Below are positions 50,222-64,000 of a stretch of DNA of 64,000 nt, one piece after another. The stretch covers positions 27,219-91,218 of the forward strand of contig NW_021824839.1 in the NCBI RefSeq assembly GCF_006345805.1, in the 5' to 3' direction. Position 1 is the stretch's first letter. Each line of letters begins with the position of its first letter. The DNA comes from Octopus sinensis (taxonomy: Eukaryota). The notes below the pieces were generated by a model. It made no database searches and was not told the DNA's origin. It saw only the letters and a program-made list of their open reading frames with translations. Both the position numbers and the translations under genes were made by a program.

Positions 50222-51450
50222 CGAGGTGATATCAAAAAGTTCCCAGACTAGTTCTGTAGCGCGCCAACAGATGGCGTACGCAGTGAGAGCTAGCAGTGAT
50301 ATTGAGCATGCTTCGGCAATCTTACGGTGACGAGGCAATGGGTCATACGCAATGTTTCAAGTGGCATGGGCATTTCAAAAGCGGAAGAATGTCTCTGGAA
50401 GGTGATAAGAGATCTGGAAGGCCTGTCATGAGCGTCATCCCTGTAAATATGGAAAATTCATTAGCTTGTGCATAAGAATCGTCGGAGGACAATCAGCGAC
50501 ATTGCTGATGTTGGTGGTCTGTCTAATGGGTCCGTGCAGGCAATCCTAAAGCCTGAATTGAACATGCGGTGTGTCTGACAAGTTTGTCCTCCACCTGCTG
50601 ACCACAGATCAGAAAGAACATCGCGTCGAAGTCTGTCAGCGTGCCGCTGATGACCCATTCTTCATGTCGAGGATCATCACCAGTGGCGAGAGTTGGATCT
50701 ACGTTTACGACCCTGAGACGAAGCAGTAGTCGTCACAATGGAAGAGCCCTTCATCTCCACGACCGAAGAAGGCATGACAGAACCGCATCCCACTCAAGAG
50801 CATGCTCCATCGTTTTCTTTCGACATCTGCGGTATTGTATATCGAGAATTCTACCGCGACGTTTAGAAGCATTTGAATGTGGACATTCGGCGAAAGCGAC
50901 CGGCTCTGAGGAGCGCGAAGAAGTGGATTCTTCACGACGACAATGACCTTGTCACTGAGCTCTCCTCACTCGTGAGTTTTTCGCCAAAAGCAACAAGGTA
51001 TGGCTTCCGCACCCGCTCTATTCGCCATCTCTTCCCCAGATCTCGTCCCCAAGATGAAAAGGCGGCTCAAAGGTTTTAACGTCGTTGTCGAGATCCAGAA
51101 CGAATTGCAGAAGGTCCTAGACTAGCTCACGGAAAACAACTTCCAGCCTGGATTCGGTGTATTGCTGCACAAGGTAACTATTTCGAAGGAGATGATGTTA
51201 AAATTTACTCTTTTACTATTTTACTTGTTTCAGTCATTTGACTGTGGCCATGCTGGGGCACCGCTTTTAGTCGATCGAGCAAATCGACCCCAGGACTTAT
51301 TCTTTGTAAGCCTAGTACTTATTCTATCGGTCTCTTTTGCCGAACCGCTAAGTAACGGGGACATAAACACACCAACATCGGTTGTCAAGCGATGTTAGGG
51401 GGATAAACACTCACACACAAACACACACACACACACAACACACACACACA

Positions 51451-51484
<34 letters not shown>

Positions 51485-51683
51485 GAATAAATATATACAT
51501 ATGTACGACGGGATTCTTTCAGTTTATGTCTACCAAATCCATTCACACGGCTTTGGTCGACACGAGGCTATAGTAGAAGACACTTGCCCAAGGTGTCACG
51601 CAGTGGGACTGAACCCGGAACTTAGATAAATAAGTTTTTTTTATTGAACATAACTAGTTTGGGGACGTTTTGATACCTCCTCG
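50222..51683 (+). mobile_element. Decayed mariner with both TIRs and TA TSD; SINE-2 inserted near the 3' end
   Basis: TA|CGAGGTGATATCAAAAAGTTCCC ... GGGACGTTTTGATACCTCCTCG|TA; fragments FKSGRMSLEGDKRSGRP, RIITSGESWIYVYDPETKQ*SSQWKSPSSPRPKK, WILHDDN, CIAAQGNYFEGD. Confidence 0.9.
51205..51620 (-). mobile_element. SINE-2
   Basis: Module match. Confidence 0.85.
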
Positions 51684-51867
51684 TACATACATACACGAAT
51701 TTGCACTGTACTCTAATTCTTTACTATCTAACACTCAATTGCACATTTTTAACGAATCTGTATGGCGTCCATTTTGTATAAATTAAAATTAATTACACGG
51801 CACTCTTTCTTAACTGAAATTAAAAGACGCACTCACACAAATACAGAAATACACATGCATGTATTAA

Positions 51868-52251
51868 TCTTTATATATAAAAGAGAGGTTGTGTGTCTGT
51901 CTCCTACGATTTAGATTCCTAACTACTCCCACATTTTGCGGTGCAGTTTAACCAAAACCGGGTATCTTATAGTCGTGATTCATATCGAGCCCTTCTGGGT
52001 ATTAGCGCGCGTCTACGATTTAAAAAAAATTTACCATAATTTTTTTTCCATTTTAATGCATTTTTTCGCTATTATATAAGGGAAGTAACTCTCTAAAAAT
52101 GTCTACGATGAGTCAACGATTTAAAAAAAAATTTACCATCATTTTTTTCCATTTTTAATGCATTTTTTGCTTTTTTTGGCTATAACTCTCTAAAAATGCT
52201 TATATAGTTATTTCCTTTACAAACCCGAGCAACGCCGGGCGATACTGCTAG
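51868..52251 (+). mobile_element. Non-autonomous Helitron with an internal tandem duplication
   Basis: A|TCTTTATATATAAAAG ... GCAACGCCGGGCGATACTGCTAG|T; block CTACGA..TTTAAAAAAAATTTACCAT..GCATTTTTT present twice. Confidence 0.8.
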
Positions 52252-52482
52252 TTGCATATATATATACAAACTGGGACAAGAACGCAAAACATTTAGAAGA
52301 CGATACAAAAAACACGGACGGGACACTCGAAGCCTTCAATCTTCAGTCAAGAACCGGATCATCCTCGCAATTCGGCTGATTAATCCTGAGATCGCTCCTA
52401 TCTGGCCAGCCCCAAGGAAAACCTAAGCTAAGCGCATTAGATTCCTTGGAAGGAAGCTTCCAATGTATACAAAACAAGGACG

Positions 52483-52656
52483 AAGAGGAATGACCACTAT
52501 AGTGGATTCCTATACGCTAGAAATAGACGTCAAATCGCCTTACCACATTTTGGCGTTTGCTGGGCTTTTGTTTTTCTTGAGAACCCACTCTTTGTGGTAA
52601 GGCGATTTGACGTCTATTTCTAGCGTATAGGAATCCATTTAGTGGTCATTCCTCTT
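52483..52656. repeat. Hairpin with about 64-bp arms between two copies of the 30590-family repeat
   Basis: AAGAGGAATGACCACTA...CGCCTTACCACA versus TGTGGTAAGGCG...TAGTGGTCATTCCTCTT. Confidence 0.9.
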
Positions 52657-52937
52657 ATTAATTGTAATATAATTTTTAAATCTTCGGATTTCTTTGAATA
52701 TGCTAGACCACTGGTTTAAATTGATGTTAATTGGTTGATTTCAGTTTCTACCCTCAGTATTTTAATATATATATATAATAAAATACAAAATGGGGACAAG
52801 AACGCAAAACATCCAGACAACTAGGTGATACAAAATGGGACAACAAAACATCCAGATAGACGATACAAAAAAACAAGGACAGGTCATTCGAAGCCTTTTA
52901 TCTTCAGTCAAGAACCGGATCATCCTCGCAATTTCGG

Positions 52938-52971
<34 letters not shown>

Positions 52972-53327
52972 ATAAGTAAACTTGTTGGTGGTTATATGTG
53001 TGTATGCGTGTATACATTCATACATACAATCGTATATACATATGCAAGTATGTCACAGTGTATGTACGTATGTTTGTAAGAATATTACAGAGAGAGCGAG
53101 AGATTGAGAGGGAGTGGTGAGAGTCGAAAGTGAAATATATTGAGTGCGATTGTTGTATTTTGTTATTTTCTAGCCTAAATCTATTGTGTATTCTTGGTTA
53201 CCTTTAGCTCACAAATGCATGGTTGGGTGCGTATTGTTACGGAGATGTTTACTATCATTTGTTTACTGGAAAGTAACCTATCTCCACGGGCAAGATTTCT
53301 CTTTCTTCCTCCATCTCTCCCACCTCT

Positions 53328-53390
<63 letters not shown>

Positions 53391-53520
53391 CCTCTCTCTC
53401 CCTCTCTCTCTCTCTCTCGGACTGTGTAACTCGATTTAACATTATCATCTGATCCCTGGTAATGCTTAGTGGACTCCACTCGGTGGAAATGCATTCAAAT
53501 CAAAGCTTCTACCTGATATT

Positions 53521-53845
53521 ATTCATGAGTCGTGAGTCGTGAGTTTTCTTTCATGAGTCGCGACTGTTTTCCTTTTATGAATCGTGAGTTTTTCTTTCAT
53601 GAGTCGTGGGTTTTTCTTTCATGGGTCATAACTTCTTCTTTCAGGGGTCGTAACTTTTTTCGTCTTATGAATCGTGAGTTTTTCTTTCATGAGTCGTGAG
53701 TTTTTCTTTCATGGGTTATGACTTCTTCTTTCGGGAGTCGTGACTTTTTACGTTTTGTGAATCGCGAGTTTTTTTATAACGAGTCATGAATTTTTCTTTC
53801 ACGTGTCGTGAGTTTTTTTCTTATATGTCCTGAGTTTTTCTTTCC
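53521..53845. repeat. Minisatellite of about 21-22 bp (TCATGAGTCGTGAGTTTTTCTT)
   Basis: About 14 degenerate units, counted by eye. Confidence 0.85.
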
Positions 53846-54218
53846 AATCTTGAAGATCCTGCAAAAAAAACCTCCGATGTGTTGTCCTTTTTCTGACTGC
53901 GCTATTAAAAATAACATTATTAGTTGAATAGTCGAGTCCAGGCACAGGGTTCCACATTCAAGACATCATTGGACAGTGTGTTTTGCCATAACCTAATGTC
54001 AACCAAAGTCTTCTGCATGACATAATGTGGGCGGAGTGCCTACTGAAGGCCGTCAGATTGACGGGTCGGTAATTCAGAGAGACATATTTGTCACTCTGTC
54101 ACGCTGGTCCTACTAGAGGATCATATGTCAAGTTCAAGTGTCAATGAAATACCTCCACTATAATTCAACTAATAAGTCGTTTTGTTGGCTGAACAACTGG
54201 AGTACACATCGTCAAAAA

Positions 54219-54313
<95 letters not shown>

Positions 54314-55198
54314 ATGCATGTGTGAAGTAAGCGAAACATGGTATTCATCATTCGCTAATATCATTTTTCCGACTTTGAGGAAAAAAACAGAGAAACAAAT
54401 GCAAACATGTTTCGGTGTTATTCTGACCTCATAAGAGAAAGCATAACCTTTCTGCACGAGTTCAAGTGGCGATAACTGAATCCCGAAGAAAACACAAGAG
54501 ATCGTATTTGGTGTAAATGTTTAGAGAGGAAATGACACAGCTGTCATCCTTTATGTCATTGCTAACATTTTAGAGTAAGGAGAAGTAAAAGCTAACTAGA
54601 ATTAAATATTTTGTATGAAAAGAAATATCAGTCGGGGTGTCCACTAGTCAAGATGTATCTGTCTGTCTGTCTATCTATCTATCTATTCAACTTTGTATAT
54701 GTGTGCATCTATATGTCTGCATGTGTATGTGTCCATGTGAGTGTGTGTGTGTATGTGTGTGCACGTGCGCCCCTGCGCATGTGATTCTTTGCTTTCTTTT
54801 TAGTTCTATTCCAGCTCTACATATAACAAGTATGCATGTAAGTGTGCACGTATGTATAGATATCGAAAATACGGTGATTACGAATTGGCTGCTGATGGAG
54901 GGTAAACAACTTCGGCACCTTTATATATTTACATATTGTTAACTATATGAAGTATCGAGCACACTGTACATTATGAGATGAAATCAAATGATGAAATGTA
55001 TTGTGTTGTTCAACATATGTATGTTTAAATCACACACATACATACACACACACACACACATACATACACACACACACATACATACACACACACACACACA
55101 CAGTGATCGCTTCAGCTCCACAGATGCTTGATCGTTATCAATAACATATGACATTCCTGACTTTCCATCACACATGGACACACACATTCACTCATTCA

Positions 55199-55244
<46 letters not shown>

Positions 55245-55989
55245 GATGACGACGACAACGACGGGCTTTTGCGCAGTTTCAGTCCATCAAATTTATACTC
55301 CCACAATTTTGGTACAACCCGAAAGCTAATAATAATATAGCAGAAGGCACTTGCTTAACCACCTGGTGGCGAAATGAAAGTCTTAGCAGCACTGACATGC
55401 TGCACTTTTGTTTATCTTGTATATACTTGAAGAAATTTGATTCTGAAAGAAACTAAAATATGCTAAGAGCGAGGAAACTTAGTATAAACAAATGCCGATG
55501 TCCCGGAGCTGCTATGAACTAGTGCTGTTAAGTTGGTTTGGGAGAAGCTATCGTTAGTGACCTCGAAAGTTTAGATATTTCACGGCCGAGCGTTTTATAT
55601 ACAAAATGCGTTCCTCTTGACACGTGTCGCTGGTAACATGTTTCGCTTTATCAGATAGAATATCTTTCGCAACTGATTACATGTATGGACATACGCGCGC
55701 GCATACACATACGCGCGTGCGCATACACGCATGCACACACACATACACACACAGACGAACACAAGCACGCAAGTACACACGCATGCGCAGACGGGCACAA
55801 GCACACATACTTATATGTGTGTGCAATATTTATGTATGTATTTTCACACACACACATGCACACAAATACACACACACACATACACACACGCGCGCACACA
55901 TGCATGCACACACATATGCACGTTTATACACATATACATAAAACATGTATAATCATATGTATCTGTGGGTATATATACATATAGAAATG

Positions 55990-56027
55990 CATTCATGTAT
56001 GAATCTCTCTCTCTTTCTCCCTCTGTC

Positions 56028-56058
<31 letters not shown>

Positions 56059-56061
56059 CTA

Positions 56062-56112
<51 letters not shown>

Positions 56113-56117
56113 CCTAC

Positions 56118-56199
<82 letters not shown>

Positions 56200-56300
56200 G
56201 GCTGGCTGGCTGGCTGGCTGGCTGTCTGGCTGGCTGTCTGGCTGGCTGTCTGGCTGGCTGGCTGGCTGGCTGTCTGGCTGGTTGTCTGTATGTCTGTCTG
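55990..56300. repeat. (TATC)n-(TGTC)n-(TGGC)n compound microsatellite
   Basis: Direct reading. Confidence 0.95.
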
Positions 56301-57623
56301 ATTGTCTGCCTGTCCATGTATATATGTGTGTATGTATACTTTTGTATTTGTGTCTATCAATTTTGTACATGTCTATAAATGTGTCTGTATGTGTGGGTGT
56401 GTGTATGTGCAAATGCATATATATATATATATGTGTTTATTAGAGAGAGGGAGAGAGAAAAAGAGAAAGAACGGATTAGTATGACGGTGTGTATTATCTA
56501 TATATACATCAGACTAGTGAATATATAAATAAAATTGAGCGTATGTTAATACCACAACCAGTTAGTTAACAGTATATAGCAAAATAGTTTGATGTATTCT
56601 CAATTTATTCGAAACCTCTTCAAACTAGAGACGTGAATATGTTGATCATTCGGATTAAAGATTCAGGGATTTTTCTAACCCTTCATCTACTCGGTGACAA
56701 ACTTGTAAAAGAAAATTTTTCAAAGGATAAAAAAGAAGGCTCTCGTTTTGTTTTGCCATTTTATGCGCAACTATTCACAGTTTAAACTTTAAGAAAGTCT
56801 TGCAGATTTATATTGTCCCAGATATCATGAATATCAGTATCGTATGCAATTATGGAATTGGGGTTTTCCTCTAGGATTTCTAGTTCAGTTCTATTTTGAT
56901 CCAGTCTTTTTATCATTCACGATATGAAAATCTGTTAACTCTAACTTATTGCTTTTTTTTATTATTATTATGTAGATACGTCTTGTTTGAATTCTAAGGT
57001 CTTACAGATTTTCTTTGTCCATGATATAAATATTAGAGGAAGACGAAAATTCGTCCCAACAGCAGCTGGTGCAAACATCAGATGCTTTTCGGCCTTTTGA
57101 GGATTTTTCAATGTCGTGTTCTCGCAGCAAGCCACTCGCTTGAACGAGAATTCGTTGTCTCTGATAGAGGAAAAGTGAATAAAATATTTTATTGTGTTTT
57201 TAATATAGCTCGTTCATAAGAGATACTATCTCGGGAAAAATACCGCAGTAACTGGCCTATCGATAATGTGTATACATTAATTATGATACATACACAGCTA
57301 TTGTATTTTGTATTTATATTCGTGTAACATCGTCTGATTTTCCGTCCTTGTTTTCGTATACATTCGATGCTTTCTTCCAAGGAATCTAATGCTCTTAACT
57401 TAGTTTTTCCTTGGGGCTGGCCAGATTGGAGCAATCTCAAGATTAATCAACCAAAATTACGAGGATGATCCGGTTCTTGACTGATGATAAAAAGCTTCGA
57501 ATGACCCGTCCTTGTTTCTTTGTATCGTCTATCTGGATGTTTTGTTGTCCCTTTTTGTATCACTTAATTGTCCGGATGCTTTAAGTTCTTGTCCCATTTT
57601 GTATTTTACATACACACACACAT

Positions 57624-57659
<36 letters not shown>

Positions 57660-57687
57660 GGTGTATATATATATATATATGTATATA

Positions 57688-57726
<39 letters not shown>

Positions 57727-57752
57727 AAGTATGAATACATATTAATATAATA

Positions 57753-57907
<155 letters not shown>

Positions 57908-58696
57908 GGGGTGGAGGAACAGAGAAACAGTGACAGAAGCAAGGTCAGATAGAGACACAGGTATGGAGAGGAGGAAAAAGAGAAAGCGGAACTGAAATGA
58001 AACTGAAAATATAGACAATGAAAAGAAAGAAAGAATGGAAAACAGATCGACAGAAAAATAGAAAGAAAGAAATTGAACAAACAAACGTTATTGGTTTAAC
58101 ATGCCAAGAAAGTATTATATGCTGGTCAAAAGTGTTAAATGAGATAAAATTCATTCAACGAGTTTAAGTTGTGTCAAAAGACGCCGTTGATCAGGTGATA
58201 CAAGATCACGTGTGAAAACCGGCGTCGGGCTAATCGCAGATTATACATTTTATTCCTAACGTGACATTGAACGGGCTGTGACATTCATTAGATATCTTAA
58301 CCGGCTATTCCTAAATAGAAGAATCCATTGTTCTCGACCCGAGATAAATCGGAATTACGCGGAAATGATTTTATCTCTATTTATGTCTTGTAGTCGTTTT
58401 ATTTAAATGTATTCACGAACTATATATTTAAATGAAAAAAACAAAGCATGTACTTAACCGTGTGAAAGAAGTATAAGCATTCAAATAGACAACTGTCATA
58501 CTCTTTATCAATCATGGGCAAAGTGCGGCTTTGGCCATCATGGCACATCAACGAAAAATGGCACATCATTTCTAAATGGCACATCAACGAAAAATCACCT
58601 TACTTTTTTTTTTTTTTAGCTGTGCGACCTTCTTGCTGATGGGTTATGTCTCATGCGGCCTCTTCTCGAAAATGGTTGCCTTTACTTGTTCTATAG

Positions 58697-59175
58697 TGGA
58701 GGCGCGTGGCTTAGTGGTTAGGGTGTCAGCATCATGATCGTAAGATTGTGGTTTCGATTCCTGGACCGGGCGACGCGTTGTGTTCTTGAGCAAAACACTT
58801 CATTTCACGTTGCTCCAGTCCACTCAGCTGGCAAAAATGAGTAACGCTGCAATGGACTGGCGTCCCGTCCATCTAGGGAATACATACGCCATTGAAACCG
58901 GGAAAACGGGCCCATGAGCCTGGCTAGGCTTTAAAAGAGCGCAAGTGGAGGCGCGTGGCTTAGTGGTTAGGGTATCAGCACCATGATCGTAAGATTGTGG
59001 TTTCGATTCCTGAACCGGGCGACGCGTTGTGTTCTTGGGCAAAACACTTCAATTCACGTTGCTCCAGTCCACTCAGCTGGCAAAAATGAGTAACGCTGCG
59101 ATGGACTGGCGTCCCATCCAGCTGGGGAACACATACGCCATTGAAACCGGATAACCAGGCCCATGAGCCTGGCTA
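58697..59175 (+). mobile_element. Head-to-tail dimer of a tRNA-derived SINE inside one 13-bp TSD
   Basis: Copies at 58697-58943 and 58946-59175; TTACTTGTTCTAT at 58682-58694 and 59193-59205. Confidence 0.9.
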
Positions 59176-59757
59176 TTATTTATTATTTATTATTACTTGT
59201 TCTATGAACAAGATCTTCATGTTGTTGTTGTTGCTGCCGCTGCTGTTGTTGATGCTACTGCTGTTGTTGTTGCTGTTATTGTCGTTTAGCCCCAGGTGAT
59301 TAACCTTCATGTTGTTGTTGCTGTTGTTGTTGTTATTGTCATTTAGCCCCAGGTTATCAACCCTGCTCAGGCAGACCGATAATCCAGGTCAAATCCAGAA
59401 ATAGTTGCGTAGCGAAGAATGTGTTCTATCCAGGATAATCCTTGAGTTTTCCAGCCTTGATTCAATCCCTATACAAGCCTACACAGCAGACCTAAGCTGC
59501 CACCTCCATAAAAGCGCCGCACGATACACTCAACCTCTAGCTACGCTACTGCCCAGGCGTGAACATTCCACATACTACTCTATTGTTTCAATTTATGTTA
59601 TCTACCATGTCATTTCCCTTTTTAAGATGGTAGTGTACGATTTGAGGATACATTGTTTATTAATTCTAACTAGCCATGACTGAGTTATGATCATCAGGAT
59701 GTTTGCTATAGGTGAATTGAACCCACCACTACTTTCAATTTTGCATAATTCACATTA

Positions 59758-59950
59758 TCTATTATATGAAATCCGTTCTGTCTGTCTGTGTGTGTGTCTT
59801 CTAGGATCTCAGGCATCCTCCATCCAATTGCGCTCAAATTTGATATGTAGATACCGACGGTATCAGGGGGTGTATAAGTCTTGAAAAAATTACAAAAATC
59901 TATTCCAGGTGAGAATGCGATCGATAAAGCCGTTCTCCCAGTCAACAACC
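59758..59950 (+). mobile_element. Probable Helitron-like 5' fragment
   Basis: A|TCTATTATATGAAA start followed by (CTGT)n and CTCAAATTTG, typical of non-autonomous Helitron ends; no 3' CTAG found. Confidence 0.45.
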
Positions 59951-61252
59951 TTATCATTACTGGTATTTTAAACTCTTCGGTTGCATATTTGTGTGAATAA
60001 AATGTTTTAAAAAATTTTTTGAATAGAAAAAAGTCTATCTTTATTTCTTCTTTTGCTGGTGTCTCAAATTTAGGTTAAATCAGTGTTTCTCAAAGGGTTG
60101 GCCTATGGGACGGTCGGACAAGTTGTTTTGAGAAAATTTGGTTTAAATATTTGACAACTCAGCACCGTATTTTGCTCGTGTAGTTATATGTACACAAGAA
60201 AGGCTTGATCATCACAGCATCTCATTCAATATCTTGTATCTTGTCACAAAGAGAAAAAAATGCTTTTAGTTGTTTTAATTATGGCTGAGTCAAGCCTGGA
60301 AGCGCTGCAAAGCTGAATAGTTAAAATTAAAAAAACGACACGCTTCATAACCACGTGGTCGAGAGTTCTGTCCAATTGCGTGACATCTTGTGCAAATGTG
60401 TTTGCGAGTGAAACTGGTTTGGGGGGAAACTGTATAGAAGCCGTCGGATGAATTGTACCTGTAATTCAAAAGGTACAGCCGGGTCATACATTGTTTCACA
60501 CCGATTCCGCCAGGAGATTACGTAAAGTTTACACGTGTTTGTGGAATTCTCAGCTACTTTACACGTTAACTCGGTTGATAGCACAACTGAAACATCATCG
60601 TTGAACGGCGGAGATCCACTTTTGCCAGTTCAGACGATTTCAGCTCCAAGTTCCGACAGACAGTGAGTGTTTGAAGTGATTCAGAAAATTCCGAGACGCT
60701 TAAAAACTAGTGTTTCAATGAACCACACCGATATTTGATGTATATTTATTTTTAACAAAATGCAAGGCCTGTGCTCAATATGAATATAATAAATTAAATA
60801 ATATATATTATAATATAATAAAAAATTAAATAATAAATAATATATAATAAAATAATGTAATATAATATAGTTCATATATGCGTATATCTATGTATATATA
60901 TATATATGTATGTATATGCATGCGTACATACGTATGTGTTTATGTATGTATGAATGTATGTATGAATATAATAAATTAAATAATGCATAACATAATGTAA
61001 TATAATTATAAATCAAATAATAAATAATATATAGTACAATAATGTAATATAATATAGTCCATAATTGCTTATGTGTATATATATATATATATATGCATAC
61101 ATATGTATGTATGTATGTGTGTGTATGTATGTATGTATGTATATATGTATGTGTGTATGTATAAAAACCGGATTGTCATATCGTCTTATAGATTTCGTTT
61201 GGGGATTTGGTTTGCAAGATTCTTTATATGAGTTTGTGTGTTGAAGCATATT

Positions 61253-61485
61253 CTGTTGTGTCTGGGGAGAGTCATTTTCTTTTTGTACCTTATAATGTAA
61301 CACACTCACCGGTAAAATTACCACTTATTTCTTATTTTTATTTTCCTAAAATTTTCGTTGCGTCTTGCAACCTTTTCAATAGTTTTGACAGTGTCAAGAC
61401 TATTGAAAAGGTTGCAAGACGCTTACCGGTGAGTGTGTTAAATTATAAGACACAAAAAGAAAATGACTCTCCCCAGACACAACAG
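61253..61485. repeat. Nested hairpin element
   Basis: Outer arms of about 62 bp (CTGTTGTGTCTGGGGAGAGTC...CACTCACCGGTAA) and inner 30-bp arms at 61360-61422. Confidence 0.85.
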
Positions 61486-61996
61486 TCTAATAGATTGTTT
61501 AGCAGTTAATATTCAGGTTGCCTTTAATCCTTTGCACGCCTAGCAAAATGCATGGCGGCATTTCGTCAGTCTTCATGTTCTGAGTTTAAATTCAGCTGAG
61601 ATCGACTTGGCTTTTCATCCTTTCGAAGTCGATAAAATAAGTACCAGTTGAGCACTGGGGTCAAAATAATCGAGTTACGCCCTCACCCGAAATTGTGAAT
61701 GTTGTGACAAAATTTGAAATCAATATCCAGACTGCCTACCCTCTGAATTCAAATATCATCTTTTCGGGGTCGATAAATAAAATGGCAACCCTACACTATG
61801 AATGCCATTCTATTTATCGACCCTGAAATTTTTGTCCCTGTCTGCTTTCTCTTTCTCTTTCTCTCCTGAAAGATATTGGCCATGGACAGATCTAGAGAGG
61901 GACGGGCTCCGTCAGGTCTAACAGTGTCCAGGTCATTCCGAGTACCTTGACAGTGTTCCTGCAACACCATCAAGGAGTTCAGAGTGCAAGGCAAAG

Positions 61997-62113
<117 letters not shown>

Positions 62114-62185
62114 CAACCTTTAGTCCAGATACTTTTTTCTTTCTCTCCGTTTTTCCCTCTCTCTATTTCTTTCCTCTCCTCATTC

Positions 62186-62221
62186 CTTTCTGCAGAAGAG
62201 CGTAGGTTCGAAACGTCAAAG
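62186..62221 (+). ncRNA. Hammerhead-like minimal motif (core CUGCAGA, GUC site)
   Basis: CUUU-CUGCAGA-A-GAGC(GUAG)GUUC-GAAAC-GUC-AAAG. Confidence 0.5.
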
Positions 62222-62517
62222 ACTACTATTTTTCCTGACTGTCAAACTAATACACCATGTTTGTTGTTCCCTACCCGTTTCTATCTTTTGTCTTTGTTTA
62301 TCTTTTGTACAATTTTTAACCATATATATATATGAGCGTTATACTAATACATCTATTGTTTTGTACACCACCTGTCTTCGTCTTTTGCTTTTTTCGTAAA
62401 CTCTCCCTATATATATATATAGGGAGAGTTTACGAAAAAAAAGCAAAAGACGAAGAAAGGTGGTGTGTCAAAACAAATAGATGTATTAGTATAACGCTCA
62501 GGAATAAAAAAAAAAGG

Positions 62518-62553
62518 CTTTTACGTTTCGAGCCTACGCTCTTCTACAGAAAG
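62518..62553 (-). ncRNA. Hammerhead-like minimal motif (core CUGUAGA, GUA site)
   Basis: CUUU-CUGUAGA-A-GAGC(GUAG)GCUC-GAAAC-GUA-AAAG. Confidence 0.5.
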
Positions 62554-62615
62554 GGACACAGAAAAAAAAAAACAAGGAGAGAAAAAATGTGTGTAGTGGC
62601 TAACGATCTATCATG

Positions 62616-62685
<70 letters not shown>

Positions 62686-63777
62686 TATTATACATATACT
62701 AACAAACAGGCCTTATGATGTCAATGTAAGAAATTTTAAGGTCAGGAAGTAGTCCTCATGACTATGCCATAATTGTTATTACGTTAGTAAAGCATGTGTT
62801 GAGAATAAAAATAGTCATGACTGTGCCCACACTATCCTTTAAAGAATGGAAAAAGGGGAAGGGTCAAACTAATGTTATTTGTGTACGTATGTGTAGTTAT
62901 TTATTTGTCAATAGGTTATTTATAACTTTTACCTAGATACAATTTAGGAAAACTCTCACCGTTCCTTGCATGCCCTAAATACTCTTCATAAAGGCCTTAT
63001 TTAATGTTCGCTTACCCGCAACATATCTGAGCACGCTTTTAGCTTCGCCCCCTGTCTGAGTGACGTGAAATATCTCTGGTGTACTTATTTTTACAGCATA
63101 GCAGACAAAGCAAAATGGAATTAGAAAGAAAGAAGAAAGAAAAAAAAAAGAAAGAAAGAAAGAAAGAAAGAAAGAAAAACGGATATGGAAAGTTCTTTTC
63201 TTTTCATTTTTCTTTATTATGAATTACTGCATCAGTTTAGGAAGACATATTTTAGTAATTGTAAACTAGGAACATTTTTTTACCCACGCGCTCTTATTGT
63301 TGATGGCCTTGTTGTTGCTGTTGTTGTTGTTGTTGTTGGTGGTGGTGGTCTTGTTGCTGTTGTTGACGATGATGTTATTCAATCTTTAGGACAACTGTGT
63401 GATCGAGCTGTTCTGTGACCAGTTTTTCCAGAAGTGACCTTCCCGCCTTTTATTCAGGGACACCGGATTTAGAATCACGATTGCCGTTGTGTCTTTTATT
63501 TTTATTTTTATTTTTTATTGTTGATCTTTTATTATTGTTGTTGTTGTTGTTGTCGTTGTTCTGACGGGATGCACGTGTTCGTTCGTTCGTTCGTGTTTCG
63601 TTCTTCATTTTGTTTCCAAAAGTTGTTCATTGCTTATTTTGTTACAAAACGTTTGTCAAACCATCACCTTTGCAAAGGTTTGCTTGTTCTCGTTGTTTGT
63701 GCCCCTGTGTGGGGGCTGAACTCTCAAAAAATAATATCCATTTTGTTTCCAAAAATTAGCTTTAAAAAAAATCAAAC

Positions 63778-63816
63778 ATGGCGAAGCCAGCCTCGTTGAA
63801 GGACGTGGAAGAAGAG
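63778..63816 (+). CDS. Possible first coding exon of an unidentified gene (MAKPASLKDVEEE)
   Basis: AAACATGG start context, GAG|GTGAGA donor-like site, GC-richer non-repetitive sequence; no homology recognised. Confidence 0.2.
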
Positions 63817-64000
63817 GTGAGAAGTGATTCAGGTAGAGAGGTGCAAGATGCCGTAGTAGTCTCTGCCTGCTACCTTCAAATAGAAGAGGAAGCGAGCACC
63901 CAGCAGGTCCAAAGCCGAGTGGATGAAATTACCACTAAGCCAGCCAATAGACAGCAGATTCAGTGATTTTACAACGCAAAGACATAATTCAAATTATGAG

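Larger units (their letters stand above)
62115..62620. mobile_element. Inverted cluster of TA-anchored Penelope-like terminal repeats
   Basis: Forward copy 62120-62325, palindrome 62333-62500 centred on (TA)n, reverse copy to about 62620; same family as 45315-45520. Confidence 0.6.

Noticed and set aside
52870-52915. CUGA(A/U/G)GA...CGAA in the 30590/52260/52775/57330 family as a hammerhead
   Set aside because: GAAU instead of GAAA, weak stem II and no stem I complement; at most a degenerate relative
60080-60120. CAGTGTTTCTCAA hAT-like terminus
   Set aside because: No matching opposite TIR or TSD found

Overview
Repeat-saturated, AT-rich animal genomic DNA, very probably an intergenic or intronic region of an Octopus (coleoid cephalopod) genome. 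That assignment is an inference from my recollection of octopus tRNA-derived SINE families and from the microsatellite density. No intact host protein-coding gene can be supported, and almost all supplied ORFs are microsatellite or repeat translations. The window holds dozens of tRNA-headed SINEs from at least three groups and two copies of a Tx1-clade LINE, both sitting in (TATC)n tracts. It also has several Tc1/mariner/pogo fossils and MITEs, non-autonomous Helitrons, a foldback element with 8-bp TSDs carrying telomere-like repeats, and short TA-anchored hairpin elements containing minimal type I hammerhead-ribozyme folds (Penelope-like). The most striking structure is one SINE family (SINE-1) whose last 33 nt match the 3' end of the local Tx1 LINE (27/33 ungapped). 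It occurs as two tail subtypes with different, near-invariant 3' junctions (GTATT versus AGAA), and both motifs occur inside the SINE's own head. This suggests a site-preferring, Tx1-mobilised SINE that repeatedly inserts into earlier copies and builds nested tandem arrays. All alignments were done by eye; many boundaries are approximate.
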